The translations under genes were made by a program, and so were the position numbers. From contig JBDREQ010000073.1 in NCBI GenBank assembly GCA_043819555.1, positions 160,001 through 224,000 on the forward strand: 64,000 nucleotides of DNA. Direction: 5' to 3'. The stretch's first letter is position 1. Every line of letters starts with the position of its first letter. A model generated the notes under the pieces. It ran no database searches, was not told where the DNA came from, and saw only the letters and a list, made by a program, of their open reading frames with translations. Source of the DNA: Candidatus Zixiibacteriota bacterium. Lineage in GTDB: Bacteria > Zixibacteria > MSB-5A5 > GN15 > JAAZOE01. This document shows positions 1 to 10,365 of this stretch, piece by piece.

Positions 1-36
1 GAACAAAAAGCATATAATTCTAATTTGAGATTTCAC
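1..36 (-). CDS. 5' end of next pilus-operon gene (MKSQIRIICFLF...), truncated by window edge; possibly the secretin
   Basis: GTG at 36-34 overlaps the TGA of the upstream gene, AAGGAG RBS at 46-41, open to window edge, signal-peptide-like start; secretin identity inferred from operon position only. Confidence 0.45.
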   Translation of the reverse strand, partial: MKSQIRIICFLF

Positions 37-503
37 AATGACTCCTTCCGAGGATACAGCGTTACCGGTTTCCCGGATTTTTCCAGGACGACGCTTTCCC
101 TGGCAATGCTTATAACTTTATATCCGTTAATGAGACCACCGATACCGAGAACCTTATCATTTATGAGCGCCTGTGCATTTGTCGGGCGATACATAATTCC
201 CAATAAGCGCAAATTTATCTTCTGCTCTTTTGCGGCTTCATTCTTCAGATTATGATAAAATGGATTTTTCATGATGGGTCTTGCCTCATAAATTGTAAAG
301 ACTGAATCATGATTAATCCGGCCACCGGGTACAATTTGTTCCTGGTCTGTATTATCGCTTAATATATCGGCAGCAACTTGCTGTTTTGCAATTTCCAACT
401 CTTGCGGTTTTTTTGACCACCTTTGTGACAAATTGGAATATCCCCAGATGATAGCGACAATGAATATGCCAAAGACTATTGATTTGCGAACTTTTTCATT
501 CAA
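33..503 (-). CDS. PilP/MshK/GspC-like pilus assembly protein
   Basis: N-terminal TM helix, C-terminal LRLLGIMY..ALINDKVL.IG..I.GYKV.SI...SVVL motif; TTG start at 503 overlapping the pilO stop is preferred over 662. Confidence 0.6.
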   Translation of the reverse strand: MNEKVRKSIVFGIFIVAIIWGYSNLSQRWSKKPQELEIAKQQVAADILSDNTDQEQIVPGGRINHDSVFTIYEARPIMKNPFYHNLKNEAAKEQKINLRLLGIMYRPTNAQALINDKVLGIGGLINGYKVISIARESVVLEKSGKPVTLYPRKESL

Positions 504-1068
504 GGCTAAACAATCCCATACGGTTTGAGAGGCCGGCAACAAAGGCCAGTTTAAAATGACAATCAGGATATAGGCCTTCGGAGCCAATAATATGACTTTC
601 AGCCAAATGGTGGAAATAAACGCTTTGTTCAATTTCTTCACAGAACCGCGTAATATCCTCAAATTCGCCGCGAATCTTGATGCTTATAGGAAGATATACA
701 ATTGACTCAGAATTATCCCATTTTCGCATGAATTGAATGATTTCTTCGAGAGATGGAGTAATTTCTTCCAGCTTATAACTCGGACGATGGCACAATGAAT
801 CAAGCGCGCGGTATAGCATAATTACCTCATCTTCTCCGGAATAATTAGATCCGATATTGCCAATTGTTGAATAAATTTTCTGGTTTTCAGCCAACAAATA
901 ATCAATATTGGCAAGAGAGGAATGATATGCCCGGAGTTTTTTATTTTCCCGAAACAGCTCGTCATTTAATAAACTAATTCGGTTATCTGCAGATCTGCCA
1001 ATGAAAAGATAGAAACTGCCCAGAAATAGGAGTAATATGGCGATTCCTGTTACTGTTAGCTTAATCAT
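496..1068 (-). CDS. pilO: type IV pilus assembly protein PilO/GspM-like
   Basis: N-terminal TM, coiled coil, LPISIKIRGEFEDITRFCEEIE ferredoxin-like motif; follows pilMN. Confidence 0.7.
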   Translation of the reverse strand: MIKLTVTGIAILLLFLGSFYLFIGRSADNRISLLNDELFRENKKLRAYHSSLANIDYLLAENQKIYSTIGNIGSNYSGEDEVIMLYRALDSLCHRPSYKLEEITPSLEEIIQFMRKWDNSESIVYLPISIKIRGEFEDITRFCEEIEQSVYFHHLAESHIIGSEGLYPDCHFKLAFVAGLSNRMGLFSLE

Positions 1069-2648
1069 ACCTGAACGTCCATCAAAATTTGAAAATCGAG
1101 GTCAAATTCATCACCCTTCAATCTTTTATTATGACTGATGACATTGATATTGCTAAAGTATGGATATTTCTCAAGCGCTTTAATATATTGGGCCAAAACA
1201 ATCTCAGGAGAGAAGTCCTTGATTCTCACATGGCCAGTCAAACGCATGGAATATTTATTTTCATTTTGAGTTGTGTGAATTTCCGTGAGATTCAGATTTT
1301 TGGGAATATCAAATGACAGCGATCTGACCACGACGCCAAAATGCGAATGTTCTTTATCGGAACTCATTCGGAGGAATTCTTTGCCTTGATTCAACTTCCC
1401 GACGATATTCAAATAAGTGTGATAAGCTGGTGAGTTTTCAATGTCGGTGATATTGGCGCGCGTTCTATTTAATTCCGTTTCGACTTCATTTTCATGAATA
1501 TGCTTGAACCACGATAATCCCAAGGTAATGATTAAGGAGGCTGCCGCAATTAATCCCAGTCTCGAATAGAACTTGCGTTTTTCTATCTTTTGTTTGATTT
1601 TATCAGGGGCCAAAGGCTGTTCATCCGGATTTGCCATCGCATTGGCTACAGCAGGTAAGTTTTTGTCCAAATCGGATATTGAAAATCCTGATATTTTTCT
1701 AATTTTGGATGTTGAGTTTATATAATAATGGCAGGGTATCCCGATTGAGGCCTGAATATAATCAGGCAATTCGGTCTTATTTGAATTTATCCCCGAAATT
1801 ACTATTGAATCAATTTTCGCAGATCTTGAATTGGCGATAAAAATATCAATAAATGATTGCAGTTCAGTTACGATCGATTCTATATTTGCAATTCCAGTTT
1901 TTATCGAAGAATCAATAAATGGCCAGGACATGAATTGCTGATAAAAGCTCAATTCGTTATTTTGCAGAAATACAGCGAAACTCAAATTATCATTAATATG
2001 GATATGTAAATAATTGCCGCCGGAATTTTTATCACAGGTTTTTAGAAATTTAGTCGCGAAATTTGGAAGAAAATTGACCTGCCCCAATTTCAATCCGGAA
2101 GATTCAAATCTCCTGTAAATATTTTCAATAATTTCGTTTTTGGCGACAGTAATATTAATGTCTAAGGCTGTTATTTTTTTATTTTCATCTCGCTCCTTAT
2201 TGGCAATCTCGAAATGTACGCGGCAGTCTTTAAATTTGAATGGAAAAAGTTTTTCGCCTTCCCATAAAACCGCATTGGCTATTTCATTGCGTGGCATGGC
2301 CGGAATGCGCATTTGCCTGAATGCCAAATGTTCTCCATAAAGGCCGAGATTTATAGGAATGGCTGGCAGTCGATTTCGATATAAATAGCTTTTTATAATT
2401 TCAATAACTTTTGAGTAAATTTCATCGGATTGTGAATTTTCGATCAAGTCAAGAGGGAATGAGGATACATCACGTACGCGAAATATGCCAAGTAGATTCT
2501 GCACCAGGCATATATCAACCGAATGACGGCCATATAAAACTCCCAGATGCAAACCCCATTGAATTCCTCCAATAGTCGATTTTGCCGGAAATTGTATGGC
2601 GTCAGCTATGCCGGTGTACTCTTGTAAAACTCTATCTTTAATTTCCAT
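1065..2648 (-). CDS. pilM: PilM-PilN fusion (GspL-like) pilus alignment protein
   Basis: Actin-like PilM region (FRQMRIPAMPRNEIANAVLWEGEKLFPF; IVISG), then TM helix and PilN-like periplasmic domain (L.G...YIKALEKYPYFSNI). Confidence 0.75.
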   Translation of the reverse strand: MEIKDRVLQEYTGIADAIQFPAKSTIGGIQWGLHLGVLYGRHSVDICLVQNLLGIFRVRDVSSFPLDLIENSQSDEIYSKVIEIIKSYLYRNRLPAIPINLGLYGEHLAFRQMRIPAMPRNEIANAVLWEGEKLFPFKFKDCRVHFEIANKERDENKKITALDINITVAKNEIIENIYRRFESSGLKLGQVNFLPNFATKFLKTCDKNSGGNYLHIHINDNLSFAVFLQNNELSFYQQFMSWPFIDSSIKTGIANIESIVTELQSFIDIFIANSRSAKIDSIVISGINSNKTELPDYIQASIGIPCHYYINSTSKIRKISGFSISDLDKNLPAVANAMANPDEQPLAPDKIKQKIEKRKFYSRLGLIAAASLIITLGLSWFKHIHENEVETELNRTRANITDIENSPAYHTYLNIVGKLNQGKEFLRMSSDKEHSHFGVVVRSLSFDIPKNLNLTEIHTTQNENKYSMRLTGHVRIKDFSPEIVLAQYIKALEKYPYFSNINVISHNKRLKGDEFDLDFQILMDVQV

Positions 2649-2688
2649 TTTACAGTCTCATTAAGATGATATTCGAAACGCCAATATC

Positions 2689-3141
2689 TCAAAAACTAAT
2701 TAGTATTGAATCAGGTCCTCCCACCGATGTCATTATGCGATTCGTGCCGTCGTATACATAGGCTGCATCCCAGGCATCCATGAGATAATTATTCTCCGTA
2801 CTGTCAACGTATGGACCGTTCCAGCCCCGCCTGAGGAATTTGTTATAGGCGGATATGGAATCAGGCTTTATTGCCAATTCCGATAGAGTGACTGGAGGAT
2901 GACCTATATCACCTTCAAAACCGCGGCTGACATGACGGTTACCTGCGATTACTTGCGGGTTACCCACAATGGCTCGTTTCAGCATTTGCATTTCTGAACG
3001 AGTCGCATTCCTCTTAGAATTCTGAGAAACATTTCCCATTTTGGGAATTGCCACTGCCGCGACAATTCCCAAAACGATAATAACTATAACCAGCTCGATT
3101 AAGGTGAATCCTGAGGGATTAAGTTTCACCTTGAGTAACAT
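2689..3141 (-). CDS. type IV prepilin / GspG-like pseudopilin
   Basis: G|FTLIELVIVIIVLGIVAAVAIP class III signal; GWNGPY and DAWD motifs typical of GspG-like pseudopilins. Confidence 0.85.
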   Translation of the reverse strand: MLLKVKLNPSGFTLIELVIVIIVLGIVAAVAIPKMGNVSQNSKRNATRSEMQMLKRAIVGNPQVIAGNRHVSRGFEGDIGHPPVTLSELAIKPDSISAYNKFLRRGWNGPYVDSTENNYLMDAWDAAYVYDGTNRIMTSVGGPDSILISF

Positions 3142-3142
3142 A

Positions 3143-3565
3143 TTACCATTGGTTCTCGCCGGTTGTATTCGTATTCGGCCAAATCTCTCCCGTAGCGGCT
3201 TTATAAGCCCATCCGCAGTTAGCCCCGACTACTGTGCCTTTGGTTACCCCAGCAACAATGCTATCAGGATAATTGGCGTCTGAACAAAATGGATTTCCCG
3301 GTACCTGCTGTTCCATTACGATGCCGATAGTATTCAGACTGTCAAGTGCCGGCCAGGTAGCGGTGCCGGTTTTTACGGCTTGATTGGCGTAATAAATAGT
3401 AATAGCTGAGCGTAACCCGCCCAAAGCGCCGCGGCATGATGCCTCTTTGGCATCAGATGTTATATCCTGGTACTTAGGAATAGCGATAGCAGCAAGAATA
3501 CCGAGGACGACAATAATGATTACCAACTCAATAAGAGTAAAACCAGAGTTTTTGGTAAGACGCAT
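3143..3565 (-). CDS. type IV major pilin, MshA-like
   Basis: G|FTLIELVIIIVVLGILAAIAIPKY, A..A..RGALGGLRSAI motif, strong AAGGAG RBS, own promoter. Confidence 0.85.
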   Translation of the reverse strand: MRLTKNSGFTLIELVIIIVVLGILAAIAIPKYQDITSDAKEASCRGALGGLRSAITIYYANQAVKTGTATWPALDSLNTIGIVMEQQVPGNPFCSDANYPDSIVAGVTKGTVVGANCGWAYKAATGEIWPNTNTTGENQW

Positions 3566-3617
3566 TTTTTGGATCTCCTTCTTAACAAAATTAGGTTATG
3601 TCAGTACCTATAAATCA

Positions 3618-3644
3618 TTATCGGATTAATGATTGAAGATTTTA
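3618..3644 (-). promoter_or_regulatory. sigma28/FliA-like promoter of major pilin
   Basis: Minus strand TAAA-N15-TCCGATAA, about 50 nt upstream of pilin ATG; consensus TAAA-N15-GCCGATAA. Confidence 0.65.
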
Positions 3645-3651
3645 GTTCCTT

Positions 3652-4869
3652 TTATCGGAATACTTGAATTAAATTCCACATGGGAAGGAATATTGACAAG
3701 GCCAGTACTAAAACCATTGCCCCGATTACTAATGTTAGTAATGGTTCTATCAATGCCGTCAGATTTTGAGATTTGTACTCCAATTCCATTTCATAATGGT
3801 TTGCCAATTCTCCCATCATTGAATCGATAGTTCCTGATTCCAGGCCAACCTGAAAAACTTCTAAGGCCATGGCTGGGAAGTGCTTATATTCTTTGTCCCC
3901 TTCAAGCCCTATTTCATGTCCCGTTTCAAATGAATCGGCTATTTGGGAAATTTCAGCGGCAATTACCTTATTTGAGGTTGTTTCCTGAAGGATATTCAGA
4001 CAGCTTACCATAGGGACACCGCTTTTAAACAGGGATCTCAGCATTGTTGCAAAGCGAGCAATATTGAATTTTACGGTCAAATCTCCGATTAGTGGGATTT
4101 TTAAAATTAGATTATCCCAGAAAAATCTTCCCTTAGTTGTTGCCAAGTATTTTTTCATTCCGAAGATTCCAATTATTATCAGGGCTAAAATCACGTACCA
4201 GTAGGATGAAAAGACATTGCTGACACCAACCACGATTTTGGTTGGCAGAGGCAAATCAGCCCCGAATTTGCCATAGATACCGTAAAACTTTGGAATCACA
4301 AAAGACATTAGAATAAAGACTGCAATGGCGATTGCGATTATAACCATAATCGGATAGCGCAATGCCGATTTTATCTGACGGGTGAGAATCATTTCCTTTT
4401 CGATCAAATGCGCCAACTGTTTCAAAACTTCATCCAAAGTTCCCGACGCTTCACCGGCGGCGACGGATGCAATATAAATCGACGGGAATTTCTTTGGGTG
4501 ACGGCTCATGGCCTTAGATAGAGTCAATCCCGATTGCAGATCCTTTTTTATCTCGGCGACTTCTTCGCTTAAACCCAATTCCTTTGCGCCTCTTTCAATA
4601 ATTGATAAGGTTCGCAAAATAGGTATTCCGGCGCGGTACAGGGTTAATAATTTTTTAGTAAAGACAATCAGGCTCTCACGATTGGCTGAGCCGAAATTCC
4701 CTAAAATGCCTGAAAATGAAATGCCCACGGAACGTGGTTTTACACTCGTTGGGATTAATCCTTGTTCTGATAGCGATCGAATGACATTATCGCGCGCTTC
4801 GGCATCCGTCTGTCCGGTAATAAGGTTCCCGGCATGATCGCGGGCTTTATAAGTCCAGACTTGCTTCAC
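3652..4869 (-). CDS. pilC: type II/IV secretion inner-membrane platform protein PilC/GspF/MshG
   Basis: YKARD..G....G, AGEASGTLD, KSALRYP, GLESG, IEPLL..., FLPMW motifs. Confidence 0.93.
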   Translation of the reverse strand: MKQVWTYKARDHAGNLITGQTDAEARDNVIRSLSEQGLIPTSVKPRSVGISFSGILGNFGSANRESLIVFTKKLLTLYRAGIPILRTLSIIERGAKELGLSEEVAEIKKDLQSGLTLSKAMSRHPKKFPSIYIASVAAGEASGTLDEVLKQLAHLIEKEMILTRQIKSALRYPIMVIIAIAIAVFILMSFVIPKFYGIYGKFGADLPLPTKIVVGVSNVFSSYWYVILALIIIGIFGMKKYLATTKGRFFWDNLILKIPLIGDLTVKFNIARFATMLRSLFKSGVPMVSCLNILQETTSNKVIAAEISQIADSFETGHEIGLEGDKEYKHFPAMALEVFQVGLESGTIDSMMGELANHYEMELEYKSQNLTALIEPLLTLVIGAMVLVLALSIFLPMWNLIQVFR

Positions 4870-6598
4870 TTGAACGCACCTGATTTATAGGTTCGATGGC
4901 ATATGAATTTGACACTGGAGAAGTTACTTTGAGAATTTCATCAAGGGTCGTTACTCCGCCGGCTACAAGTCCCAAACCGTATTCGAAAAGCGGGCGATAT
5001 CCAAGACGTTTTGCTTCATTGGTGATTTCCGCTTCCGATTCATGCTTTAGAATCATCTCGCGAATGGAATCATTTATCTCGACCAATTCATAAATTCCGG
5101 TCAATCCTCCATAACCGGATTCGCGACAGTAGCGACATCCGGCGCCGCGATAGAATTTAAGGTCGTTTGGTATTCCATCGGGGAAGGCGCGGTTTAAGAC
5201 TGCCGGGAGCGGAGTTGTTTCTTCTTTGCATTCACCGCATATTGTCCGTACCAATCTTTGCGCCAAAACCGCCTCAAGAGCTGAAGTCAGCATATATCGC
5301 TCTATTCCCATATCATTCAGGCGTGTAATAGAGCCAATGGCATCATTGGTGTGAATGGTCGAGAAAACAAGATGGCCGGTCAAAGCGGCTCGGATTGCGA
5401 TGGCAGCCGTTTCGGTGTCTCTTATCTCGCCGATCATTATAATATCAGGGTTTTGTCTTAACATTGACCTTAAAGCCGAGGCAAAAGTTAAATTGGCTTT
5501 CTCATTAATCTGAACTTGATTGATAAGGGGGAGGGAATACTCGACCGGATCCTCGACAGTAATTATGTTCTTTTCAATGCTGTTAATTTCCTGAAGGGAG
5601 GCATATAGCGTCGACGTCTTACCCGAAGATGTCGGGCCGGAAATTAAAATAAGCCCCTCGGAAACCCTAATGTGCTGCCGCCAGGCCGCCAGCAGGTTTT
5701 GATTCAAGCCCAGTTCGGGCAATCCTGTTTTTAGATTGCGCCGATCCAAAATTCGAATGACTACTTTCTCCCCGTGTATTGTAGGCAGGGTAGAGACTCT
5801 CAGATCGACGATATTACCTTCAACGTCAATCGACATGCGTCCGTCCTGTGGCAAACGTTTTTCAGAGACGTCAAGATCTGATGCGATTTTTAATCGGGAA
5901 ATTATTTCGGCCTGTATTTTTTTGGGAGGCGCGGCTTCTTCACGCATGATACCATGAACACGATAACGAATCCTTAACTCTTTTTCATCAGATTCAAAAT
6001 GAACATCGGATGCCCCGTCTTTGATTGCGCGGGTCAGGATCATATTAACCATGCGAACCACAACGCCCTCGCCGCCGGTTATTTTCTTGTCATTTCTTAC
6101 AAATGCGTCGGCAGTCTCTTCGGATAGATTTTCATCACCAAGAATTTCCCGAACCGAATCGGCGACTGTATAATACTGTTCAATGGCAGTCGTAATTGCA
6201 GTTTTGCCGGCCACGACTCCTTTGATGATGCACTTGGTATGATATTTGATTTCATCGAGGGCTATCACATCCAGGGGATTGACCATTGCCACAGTCAGTG
6301 TGTTACCTATTTTCAAAACGGGAATGAGAGTAAATCTTTTTGCCATTTCAACCGGAATAGCCATTAAAGTACATGTGTTTATAACTAACGAGGAAAGATT
6401 GATTTTTGGAATCTTTAGCTTTTCAGATATAACCTCTACTAATTGATCGTCATTTATGACTCCGGAACTGACGAGAACATCGCCCAATTTATCACTGGAG
6501 CCTTTTTGAATTTTCAGGGCAGTATTTATCTGTTCCTGGGTGACATATCCCTTTTCAAGAAGCAGGGTTCCGATTTTTTTTTGTACTTCTAGCGGCAT
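4847..6598 (-). CDS. pilB: pilus assembly ATPase PilB/GspE/MshE with N-terminal MshEN domain
   Basis: ASDVHFE, EKRLPQDGR, Walker A GPTSSGKT, TVEDPVEY, LRQNPDIIMIGEIRD, TGHLVFSTIHTN, CxxC..CxxC zinc site. Confidence 0.95.
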   Translation of the reverse strand: MPLEVQKKIGTLLLEKGYVTQEQINTALKIQKGSSDKLGDVLVSSGVINDDQLVEVISEKLKIPKINLSSLVINTCTLMAIPVEMAKRFTLIPVLKIGNTLTVAMVNPLDVIALDEIKYHTKCIIKGVVAGKTAITTAIEQYYTVADSVREILGDENLSEETADAFVRNDKKITGGEGVVVRMVNMILTRAIKDGASDVHFESDEKELRIRYRVHGIMREEAAPPKKIQAEIISRLKIASDLDVSEKRLPQDGRMSIDVEGNIVDLRVSTLPTIHGEKVVIRILDRRNLKTGLPELGLNQNLLAAWRQHIRVSEGLILISGPTSSGKTSTLYASLQEINSIEKNIITVEDPVEYSLPLINQVQINEKANLTFASALRSMLRQNPDIIMIGEIRDTETAAIAIRAALTGHLVFSTIHTNDAIGSITRLNDMGIERYMLTSALEAVLAQRLVRTICGECKEETTPLPAVLNRAFPDGIPNDLKFYRGAGCRYCRESGYGGLTGIYELVEINDSIREMILKHESEAEITNEAKRLGYRPLFEYGLGLVAGGVTTLDEILKVTSPVSNSYAIEPINQVRSSEASLDL

Positions 6599-6641
6599 AA
6601 TAGGTATTTTTAGCTGTTAGGTATTTCTCTTTTTTATCATA

Positions 6642-6668
6642 TTATCGGTCTAAGAACAATAATCTTGA
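6642..6668 (-). promoter_or_regulatory. sigma28/FliA-like promoter of pilB operon
   Basis: Minus strand TCAA-N15-ACCGATAA, 43 nt upstream of pilB ATG. Confidence 0.6.
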
Positions 6669-8359
6669 AGAAAGCTACAGGAGTGCAGGCAAATAATTTA
6701 AATGTTAAATCAAAAGCCAAATCCGTTTACCATAGACTGAGCCTTATTATTGCAGTTTTCGCGGCATCCCTGCCTCTGTATATTAATAACGCACTTGCGG
6801 ATACAGTTGAGCTGAAAATCATTGATTCAATTGAAATTATCGCTGAAAATGTCTATGATTTGGATGATCCCAGATATGATAGCTTCATCTTTAAGATTGC
6901 CAATAAAATGCACATCGTCACAAAGCAATCAGTCATCAGGCGAGAATTGTTGCTCGACAAAGGCGATATTTTTGACACCAGTCTTGTCAATGAAACGGTC
7001 AGAAATTTACGTCAATTGCCATATTTACTCAAAACCGAAATCTATTTGGTAAAAGGTGAAAAAGATGAAAACTTAATGATTGTCCGGACATCAGATAAAT
7101 GGACAACCGTAGGCGGAATGTCTCTGCATCGTAGCGGCGGCAGATCGGATATACAGATAGGAATTGAGGAAAGCAACCTTTTCGGGTACGGAATTTACTC
7201 ATCCCATGATTATTTTGTTTTGGAAGACGATCGCAATTATTACCAGGGGGAAATCCGAGATTCCCGATTTATGGGATTGAATTATTCGGCCGGCCTTTTC
7301 TATTCTGATAATCCTAGAAACGGCCAAATGGAAATATCAATTAATAAACCGCTGTACCATCTCAGACAGAATTGGGGTTGGGGCTTGAACCTAAATGTTT
7401 TTAGGCAAAGGTTTGATTACTATATTGCCGAAATATTGGCTGGTCGGGATCGAATTATTGGAAAGAGGCTAAAGACTAATTCTGTACTCAGATATGGCCC
7501 GGGAACATTAAAATGCAGCCTCTATTTGGGTTATACATTTACCGATCTCGAACCGAAACAAAGATTTATTACATCGAATTCTATCTATTCCAATGGAGAC
7601 AGGCTGGATTCAGCGGATATTTTACAACTATTGCCTAAGAAGCCGGATGATACATTGAGCCATACTCTTGAATTTGGATTCCGACTTCAGCATGTAAATT
7701 TTAAAAGCTACAATAGGATTAACAGATTTCAAAAGGCGGAAGATGTTAACTTGGGAATTGACATTCTTACAATGGGATATCTGGCGTACGATGCCAATCT
7801 CAAAAGATCTCTATATCAAAGAATTAACATTTGGCCTCAAGTAACGATTGGGTTTGAAAACGGGTATATTAGACTCGGAACCGATATTAATATTTGGCAC
7901 TCAGATAATGGTTGGATCAGGCGTTACGTAAAGCATTACTTTAAGTGGTACGTCAAATACCATAACAATCATACTTTTGCCATAAACATTAATTCCGCCT
8001 TCAATTATTTTCAAAATAATTCGCTGACCTTATATCTTGATGAAGACCGGGGATTGCGGGGATACCCTGTATTTTTTCTAAACGGAGACAGCAGGCTTAT
8101 TGCCAATATAGAAAACAGGATATTTTCTGATCTTGAAATCTTGTCAGTCGGTTTAGGGGGTGTCATATTTGCCGATATTGGCAATATATGGACGCGGGAG
8201 ACATCTTTTTCATTCAGAGAATCTCTGCTATCGCTTGGATGCGGAATGCGTTTTGGATTCAGTCGAAGTACTCAAGCTGAAATAGTCCGCGTCGATTTGG
8301 CCTATGCCGTTGAAAGAAAAAGCTGGCAAATTTCCATAGGCACCGGGCAGTATTTTTAG
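6665..8359 (+). CDS. BamA/TamA (Omp85) family outer-membrane protein with POTRA domain
   Basis: POTRA motif TKQSVIRRELL..GD......ETVRNLR, E.NLFGYG, GLRGY, FADIG, C-terminal GQYF; exact start uncertain. Confidence 0.8.
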   Translation: MKKATGVQANNLNVKSKAKSVYHRLSLIIAVFAASLPLYINNALADTVELKIIDSIEIIAENVYDLDDPRYDSFIFKIANKMHIVTKQSVIRRELLLDKGDIFDTSLVNETVRNLRQLPYLLKTEIYLVKGEKDENLMIVRTSDKWTTVGGMSLHRSGGRSDIQIGIEESNLFGYGIYSSHDYFVLEDDRNYYQGEIRDSRFMGLNYSAGLFYSDNPRNGQMEISINKPLYHLRQNWGWGLNLNVFRQRFDYYIAEILAGRDRIIGKRLKTNSVLRYGPGTLKCSLYLGYTFTDLEPKQRFITSNSIYSNGDRLDSADILQLLPKKPDDTLSHTLEFGFRLQHVNFKSYNRINRFQKAEDVNLGIDILTMGYLAYDANLKRSLYQRINIWPQVTIGFENGYIRLGTDINIWHSDNGWIRRYVKHYFKWYVKYHNNHTFAININSAFNYFQNNSLTLYLDEDRGLRGYPVFFLNGDSRLIANIENRIFSDLEILSVGLGGVIFADIGNIWTRETSFSFRESLLSLGCGMRFGFSRSTQAEIVRVDLAYAVERKSWQISIGTGQYF

Positions 8360-8528
8360 CCCTTCGAAATGAAGAAAAAAATGCAATATTACAGGCTAAG
8401 AAATTATAATGTACTTGACATATTCAAAGAATAAACTAATTTATAGTTAGGAGTATATTACCCGCCCCCGGGTTTGTTAACTTATTGAATAGGAACAGCG
8501 TGAATCATTTTTTAACCACAGGACGGCG

Positions 8529-10196
8529 ATGAAAACCGTACTTTTATCAATTTTTCTGAGCATTTGCTTCAATATGGTTTTTGCGGCAAAATGGATCAGC
8601 TTTAATGAAATAGACGCCGCTTATGAAAATGGTCAGCTTTCACAAAGCGAAATGCTCTATGAAAAAGGCGTTTTCCTGTTCAATCCTATTGATATTTCCA
8701 GTAAAGCAGTTTCACTGAGCCCGGATAATTATCTGAAATCCGCGACGGGTCTAATTGGCGAAATTAAAAATAATTGGGATAAATTTAGCTCCGATCAAAA
8801 GGCATCATTATCGACCATGCTGGCCCGCCCCGGGAAGCAATGCACATACGATTCACCAATGGGTTATTTCAGGATTCTATATGATACGAGCGGGGGAGAG
8901 GCAACGGTTTCGGATGATCTGGATGCCAATGAAATCCCGGATTATGTAGAAAGAATCGGTGTCTATTCCGATAGCTCATACGCCGCATATGTAAACAATT
9001 CGGGATATTATTCGGCGCCAGTGGAAGCCGGTTATGATAAATACGAGATATTTTTAGTATCCATGATGTCGTATGGCGCGACTGTGTACGAGCATCCTGC
9101 AGACTCGCCTTGGAATGATTATACTTCATACATAATGATTAACCGTAATATGGCAAATTTGCCTCCCAATGACGATCCGGAAGGCAATGTTATTGGGGCG
9201 CAGAAGGTCACATGCGCTCATGAGTATTTCCATGCCGTTCAATTTGGATATGCCAATGACTTACAAAATAATCTATGGTGGATGGAAGCCGGCGCCACGT
9301 TTATGGAAGAATATCTTTTCCCGGAAGTAAATGATAACCATGCCTATTTGCCTTTTTTCTTTAATGTCCCCGAGGAAAGCCTGAATTCCAGCGATTACTG
9401 GCATATGTATGGCACTTTTGTCTGGCCCATGTTTCTTAAAGAAAAAATAAATTCTTCAGTTATCAAGTATATCTGGATGGCTTTGAGAAATAACCCCCTC
9501 TTAAATGCATTCGATTCTGCATTAATTGGCACAGGAAAGACGGTAAAAACAATTCTTCCCGAATTTGTCATTTGGAATTATTTTACCGGCAGCAGATCTG
9601 TTGAAGGCCATTATTATCCTGAAGCGATTGATTATCCCGAGGTGCCAATTGATAGATATCTATCGCCATTGGCACATGATTCCATATTGCCCATTCAACA
9701 GCCATTCGGATTGGCAAGCAGTTATGTTGAATACATCGTAGGACCGGATGATAGAGGCATCTTTGAGGCCATTTTGGAAGGAAGACCGGTGGTTCGATGG
9801 GGGATCGGGAGCATTTTTTTCACCGAGGATGATTATGAAACTTCTAATTACACGGCCAGTGTCGATGAACCTCTATATATATACAAACCGCATATTGAAG
9901 ATTTTGATAAAGTAGTTATCATTCCGACAACGGTTACATCACTATCTTCCGGCAATTATTATTTTTTGACGACCAAAGTACATCCGTATGGTGATGCGAA
10001 CAATGACGGACAAATGAATGTCGGTGATGCCATTTACATAATAAACCTCGCATTCAAAAACGGACCTCCGCCTATGCCGATTATGGAATGCGGCGATGCC
10101 AATTGCGATGGCCAGGTGAATGTCGGTGATGCGGTGAGAATAATAAGTGTCGTTTTCAAAGGAGGCGAAGAGCCTTGCTCCGAAAGAATACCATAA
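8529..10196 (+). CDS. secreted zinc metallopeptidase (MXAN_6640-like) with C-terminal dockerin
   Basis: Signal peptide, AHEYFHAVQFGY (HExxH), WWMEAGATFMEE, duplicated GDANxDGxxNVGDA dockerin repeats. Confidence 0.8.
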   Translation: MKTVLLSIFLSICFNMVFAAKWISFNEIDAAYENGQLSQSEMLYEKGVFLFNPIDISSKAVSLSPDNYLKSATGLIGEIKNNWDKFSSDQKASLSTMLARPGKQCTYDSPMGYFRILYDTSGGEATVSDDLDANEIPDYVERIGVYSDSSYAAYVNNSGYYSAPVEAGYDKYEIFLVSMMSYGATVYEHPADSPWNDYTSYIMINRNMANLPPNDDPEGNVIGAQKVTCAHEYFHAVQFGYANDLQNNLWWMEAGATFMEEYLFPEVNDNHAYLPFFFNVPEESLNSSDYWHMYGTFVWPMFLKEKINSSVIKYIWMALRNNPLLNAFDSALIGTGKTVKTILPEFVIWNYFTGSRSVEGHYYPEAIDYPEVPIDRYLSPLAHDSILPIQQPFGLASSYVEYIVGPDDRGIFEAILEGRPVVRWGIGSIFFTEDDYETSNYTASVDEPLYIYKPHIEDFDKVVIIPTTVTSLSSGNYYFLTTKVHPYGDANNDGQMNVGDAIYIINLAFKNGPPPMPIMECGDANCDGQVNVGDAVRIISVVFKGGEEPCSERIP

Positions 10197-10365
10197 GGCC
10201 CTGAGTGGCTTTTGTACTGGGCACACTTTTTGATGAATGAAATAACTACTGTTTTATGTTGACAAGTATATTTGACGTTAGGTATATAACTTCAACCAGG
10301 AGCAAATTGGAATTATTGCAGGATAATTAACAGGGATGTAACTATTTCGATCCGAGAGGGGGATC

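Noticed and set aside
504..662. N-terminal extension of the 33..662 ORF
   Set aside because: Overlaps pilO by over 160 nt; TTG at 503 gives a typical N-terminal TM protein with short overlap
9987..10196. Repeated AATGTCGGTGATGC-like nucleotide strings as CRISPR or DNA repeats
   Set aside because: They are the duplicated dockerin coding segments inside CDSs; no spacer array
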